Positions 60,626-64,000 of a stretch of DNA of 64,000 nt are shown here, in pieces. The notes under the pieces are model-generated. The model was not told the origin of the DNA and ran no database searches. It saw only the letters and a list, made by a program, of their open reading frames with translations. The stretch covers positions 62,001 to 126,000 of IMG/VR virus record IMGVR_UViG_3300032334_001259; one strand, written 5' to 3'. A program made the position numbers and the translations under genes. Position 1 is the first letter of the stretch, and each line of letters starts with the position of its first letter.

Positions 60626-63600
60626 TTATAAAGGCATGTAAATTTGTTGGACTTTAGCATAACTTGACACGCCTGCGTTTGCATAAAGTCTTGCGGTTGT
60701 TCCACTTACGTTAGCGTAGAAGTTACCAATACTAGTTCCATTTGCGCTTACTACACCATAGGTTTGAACACTTGCGTTGCTACTGCCACACACAAGAACT
60801 ACTTCAGCAAGTGTAAAGTTATTGTTTGTATAATCACTCAATGTAACAACATATTTTGCACCACGATACGTGCTTGTTGAAAAACTATCAATTATGGTTG
60901 GAACACCCGCACTTAAACTTGTATTTGCGCTTAATGTGCTGATACCACCACCAAAGAAATTACCACTACTATTTGCAAGATGTGCAACACTGTTAACTGC
61001 TGTTGTATATACACCACCAGTGTTTGCAACAACTGTATTACCGCCAGTAGCATCAGTTATGCTTGTAACAGTTCCTGTTGTAGTAAGAGCACGTGCGTCA
61101 ATTATATCAGTGCTTAATGGTGCTTCTGTAAATGTAAGAGTCGTGCCACTTACACTATAGGCAGTAGTTGGAAGCTGTATAACACCATTAATTGAAACCA
61201 AAGTGCCTGCGGTAGTAGTGCTTTGACTTAATGTAAAGTTAGTTTGACTGCCATCACCAACAAACTGATCTGCTGTAATAATAGTAAACGCAGTCCCAGT
61301 TCCACTCCAAGTTGTTCCAGTATAAAATTCCAATTGACTGCTGTTGGTATTAAAACGTATCATACCTTGTTGTGCATTACTTGGACGATTTGCCTGTGCA
61401 CCAGTTGGAATAATCATAGAATCTGTGCCATTAATTTGCAGAGATGTGTTACCAACTATTTGGCTTGGTGCTACTTTAATTCCAACTTGTCCAGTTGCAC
61501 CATTAGTTGTAAGTAGATTTTGATAACCAGCTGCACTATTACCGTGAACAACAAGGTTTGCAACAATTTGATTTGCATTAACTGTAACATTTGTGTTTAA
61601 TTGTGGGTATAGATTAATATTGCCAGCATTTGCGTATGGGTAAATGTTGCTTGTATAAATTGTTGGAACATTCTTTGATGTAGTTCCATTTATATTACCA
61701 CCAACATTTAGATCACCAGAAATACCAGCGCCGCCACGAACTTGCAGTGCACCTGTGTTAGTAGTTGTACTTGCAGTTGTGCTACTAATAACAAAACTAT
61801 TTGTATTTGCTCTCATACGAGCAAACTCATTTGCATTAGCCACACCACCAAGTGAGTAAATGATATCGTTAGCAGTAGTTGTAGAAATTACAAGGTTACC
61901 ACCACCAGTTGTTGTATTACCAGCAACATATAGATAACCGTCATTTGCTTTTGTTAAACTAAAAGCAGCTTGACTATAACCGCTGCCGTTGATACCCATA
62001 TCAATAAAAGTGTCAACATCTGTTCCATTATCAGCAGTAACAACAATATCACCACTTGCTTGTGCGCCAGTATTGCTATTTTCTAGGTTTATTTGTGTAT
62101 AGTTATTAGTATTACCGCTAAATTGAGCCACTACGTTAGCAAGTGGAGTATAACCAGTTTGACCAGCATAAAGTGCATTCATACCAGTTACTGGTAAACC
62201 GTAGAAAATACCACCTTGTGTATAAACATTTGCGGTTATAGCATTGATATTACCAGTAACAATTAAGTTACCAGCAATATATGCATTACCATTACCACCA
62301 CTTGTTGTTGTTAAAAGACTAGTAAATACAGCACTATTTGGAACGTTAGCACCTATTGCACCATTTAAGTAACCAATAACTTGGCCCGCACTGTTTAAGT
62401 TTCCAACAGAAGCATTGCCTGTTACTGTTAAACTATTCAATGTGCCAATTGAAGTAATGTTTGGTTGACTAGAACTAACACTAGCGATAGTTCCTTCAAG
62501 AATTGTATTTGTATTACCAATCTGTCCAGCACTTACTGCATTTACACTTATGTTACCAGTGAGAGTCATACTTGCACCACTAATCGTAGCGCCAGCATTA
62601 CCAATAGTTCCTGCATTTAAAGTAGGAGCAGCAACAGTTCCCTGTGATGTAATAGTGCTACTTGTTGTAAGAGTAGTAAATGCACCAGTAGATGCAGTTC
62701 CATTACCAATTGGAGTATTTTGGATTGCAGCAGCATAGATGTTACCACCAACACCCATACCACCATAAATTACAGCAGCACCAGTTGTTGTTGATGTTGA
62801 TGTGTTGCCACTATAAGCAATGATATTACCAAGTTTTACAGTATCATATATTAGATACGCATTTGCAAGATCAACAGTTGTGCTTGGTTCTGATCGAAGA
62901 TTACTGAATACATACCATGCATTGTCTATGTGATTTCTTACAATACCAGTATGGTTATACCCAACAGCAGCATCGTATTTGTGGCTGTAGAAACCTATTT
63001 CATAGTTATAATTGGTAAAACCCGATACCGCAAGGTATAATAGCGGAGCATTGGCAACAAGCGAAGTACTTCCAAGACTTGTAAGATTAGCAACAGTTAA
63101 GTTACCCGCAATATAAGAGTCACCGCCAGCGTAGAAACCGCCAGTTATTTGTAATGCACCTTGACCACTGCCATAGCTGTTTGCTGTTCCTGTTAGTGTT
63201 GCAGTCGAGGCAGTAATTGCCGCACCAGTATTACCAATAGTGCCAGCATAAACTGCTACACCATTAAATGTGTTAGCATTTACGGCACCGCTGACAGTTA
63301 GAGATGATAAAGTACCAAGACTTGTAATATTCGGTTGACTTGGTGTAGCACTACCAATAGTGCCTTCAAGTATAGTAGTTGTGTTACCGATTTGACCAGC
63401 ACTAACAGCGTTTACACTTACGTTACCAGTAAGAGTCATACTAGCACCGCCGAATGTAGCACCACTATTACCGATTGAACCAGCATTTAATGTTGCAGCG
63501 TTAAGTGTACCATTAACGGTTGCAGTTGTGAATACACCAGTATTAGGTGTGTTGGCACCAATTGCACCAGTTATATAACCAATGTGTTGACCGCCACCAG

Positions 63601-64000
63601 TAGAAGTAAAATTATCTGCTTTTAAATCATTATTAACGGTAGTTGTACCAGTATCAGCACCAATGCTAACTGTTGTTGCTGCTCCACCAATGTTTACAGT
63701 TGTAGTGTTTGCATTAAAGACAGATGCAGTGCCAGTAGAACTTGTATCAATTGTTGGATTTGCGCCATTCATCAATACTTGTGTAGTATTTGGTAAGTTT
63801 AAGGTTGCATTTTTAATAGTTACTAGACCAGATGTGGCACCAATATTAATATTAGTAGCAGCACCAGCAAAATTCATTGTTGTTGCAACATTATCATATA
63901 AACTTTGTGTAGTTTGACTACCAATAAGGAAAGGATTAGCAATATTTGCTGTTCCACTTGTAGCACCCATTTTAAGTGCAGTAGCAGCACCAGCAAAATT
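60626..64000 (-). CDS. Large fibre/structural protein, 5' end beyond the window
   Basis: Frame stays open to the right edge; G/N/T/A-rich repeats; C-terminal IDSFS.STYRGAKYVV domain. Confidence 0.8.
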   Translation of the reverse strand, partial: NFAGAATALKMGATSGTANIANPFLIGSQTTQSLYDNVATTMNFAGAATNINIGATSGLVTIKNATLNLPNTTQVLMNGANPTIDTSSTGTASVFNANTTTVNIGGAATTVSIGADTGTTTVNNDLKADNFTSTGGGQHIGYITGAIGANTPNTGVFTTATVNGTLNAATLNAGSIGNSGATFGGASMTLTGNVSVNAVSAGQIGNTTTILEGTIGSATPSQPNITSLGTLSSLTVSGAVNANTFNGVAVYAGTIGNTGAAITASTATLTGTANSYGSGQGALQITGGFYAGGDSYIAGNLTVANLTSLGSTSLVANAPLLYLAVSGFTNYNYEIGFYSHKYDAAVGYNHTGIVRNHIDNAWYVFSNLRSEPSTTVDLANAYLIYDTVKLGNIIAYSGNTSTSTTTGAAVIYGGMGVGGNIYAAAIQNTPIGNGTASTGAFTTLTTSSTITSQGTVAAPTLNAGTIGNAGATISGASMTLTGNISVNAVSAGQIGNTNTILEGTIASVSSSQPNITSIGTLNSLTVTGNASVGNLNSAGQVIGYLNGAIGANVPNSAVFTSLLTTTSGGNGNAYIAGNLIVTGNINAITANVYTQGGIFYGLPVTGMNALYAGQTGYTPLANVVAQFSGNTNNYTQINLENSNTGAQASGDIVVTADNGTDVDTFIDMGINGSGYSQAAFSLTKANDGYLYVAGNTTTGGGNLVISTTTANDIIYSLGGVANANEFARMRANTNSFVISSTTASTTTNTGALQVRGGAGISGDLNVGGNINGTTSKNVPTIYTSNIYPYANAGNINLYPQLNTNVTVNANQIVANLVVHGNSAAGYQNLLTTNGATGQVGIKVAPSQIVGNTSLQINGTDSMIIPTGAQANRPSNAQQGMIRFNTNSSQLEFYTGTTWSGTGTAFTIITADQFVGDGSQTNFTLSQSTTTAGTLVSINGVIQLPTTAYSVSGTTLTFTEAPLSTDIIDARALTTTGTVTSITDATGGNTVVANTGGVYTTAVNSVAHLANSSGNFFGGGISTLSANTSLSAGVPTIIDSFSTSTYRGAKYVVTLSDYTNNNFTLAEVVLVCGSSNASVQTYGVVSANGTSIGNFYANVSGTTARLYANAGVSSYAKVQQIYMPL

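Noticed and set aside
51985-63917. Numerous 60-100-aa plus-strand ORFs opposite the fibre genes (and 5776-8972 around gp18)
   Set aside because: Antisense or off-frame shadows of strongly biased structural genes, with no RBS or protein-like motifs
1-64000. Stop-codon reassignment (alternative genetic code)
   Set aside because: Long genes are intact in code 11 with TAA, TAG and TGA all used as stops; no suppressor anticodon (CTA/TCA/TTA) among the tRNAs

Overview
A 64-kb segment of a large, AT-rich, T4-like contractile-tailed (myovirus) phage genome. The host is probably an alphaproteobacterium (inference from an Omp25/RopB-style outer-membrane protein, PstS and a DUF4337-like protein). Left (1-10.5 kb, minus strand): late head/tail genes, including gp4 head completion, a gp19/gp54-like protein, gp19 tail tube, an oversized gp18 sheath, dNMP kinase and gp13 neck. 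10.5-24.5 kb: accessory/early genes, including a polA/CCA-type nucleotidyltransferase, a QueF-like protein lacking the catalytic Cys, a gamma-glutamylcyclotransferase, a B12 radical-SAM cassette, an OM beta-barrel, a GH73 glucosaminidase, a metallophosphoesterase and many small ORFs. 24.5-30.1 kb: an isolated long fibre module. 30.2-33.8 kb: two orphan DNA methyltransferases, a MaoC-like protein and pstS with a pho box. 33.9-42.5 kb: a leader-peptide/antiterminator/terminator (attenuator-like) element, then a tRNA array (16 apparently intact tRNAs plus 2 degenerate or chimeric ones, all with encoded CCA) interleaved with nucleases and membrane genes. 43-47.9 kb: a late-promoter-driven cluster (HxGH nucleotidyltransferase, APS kinase, Na+/solute symporter, amidinotransferase-like, sulfotransferase-like, methyltransferase). 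47.9-64 kb: gp14, gp15, Nudix and a tail fibre/baseplate block that runs off the right edge. Best candidates for undescribed systems: the attenuator ahead of the tRNA region and the sulfation/amidino cluster. All calls come from reading the sequence and motifs by eye; no database searches were run.
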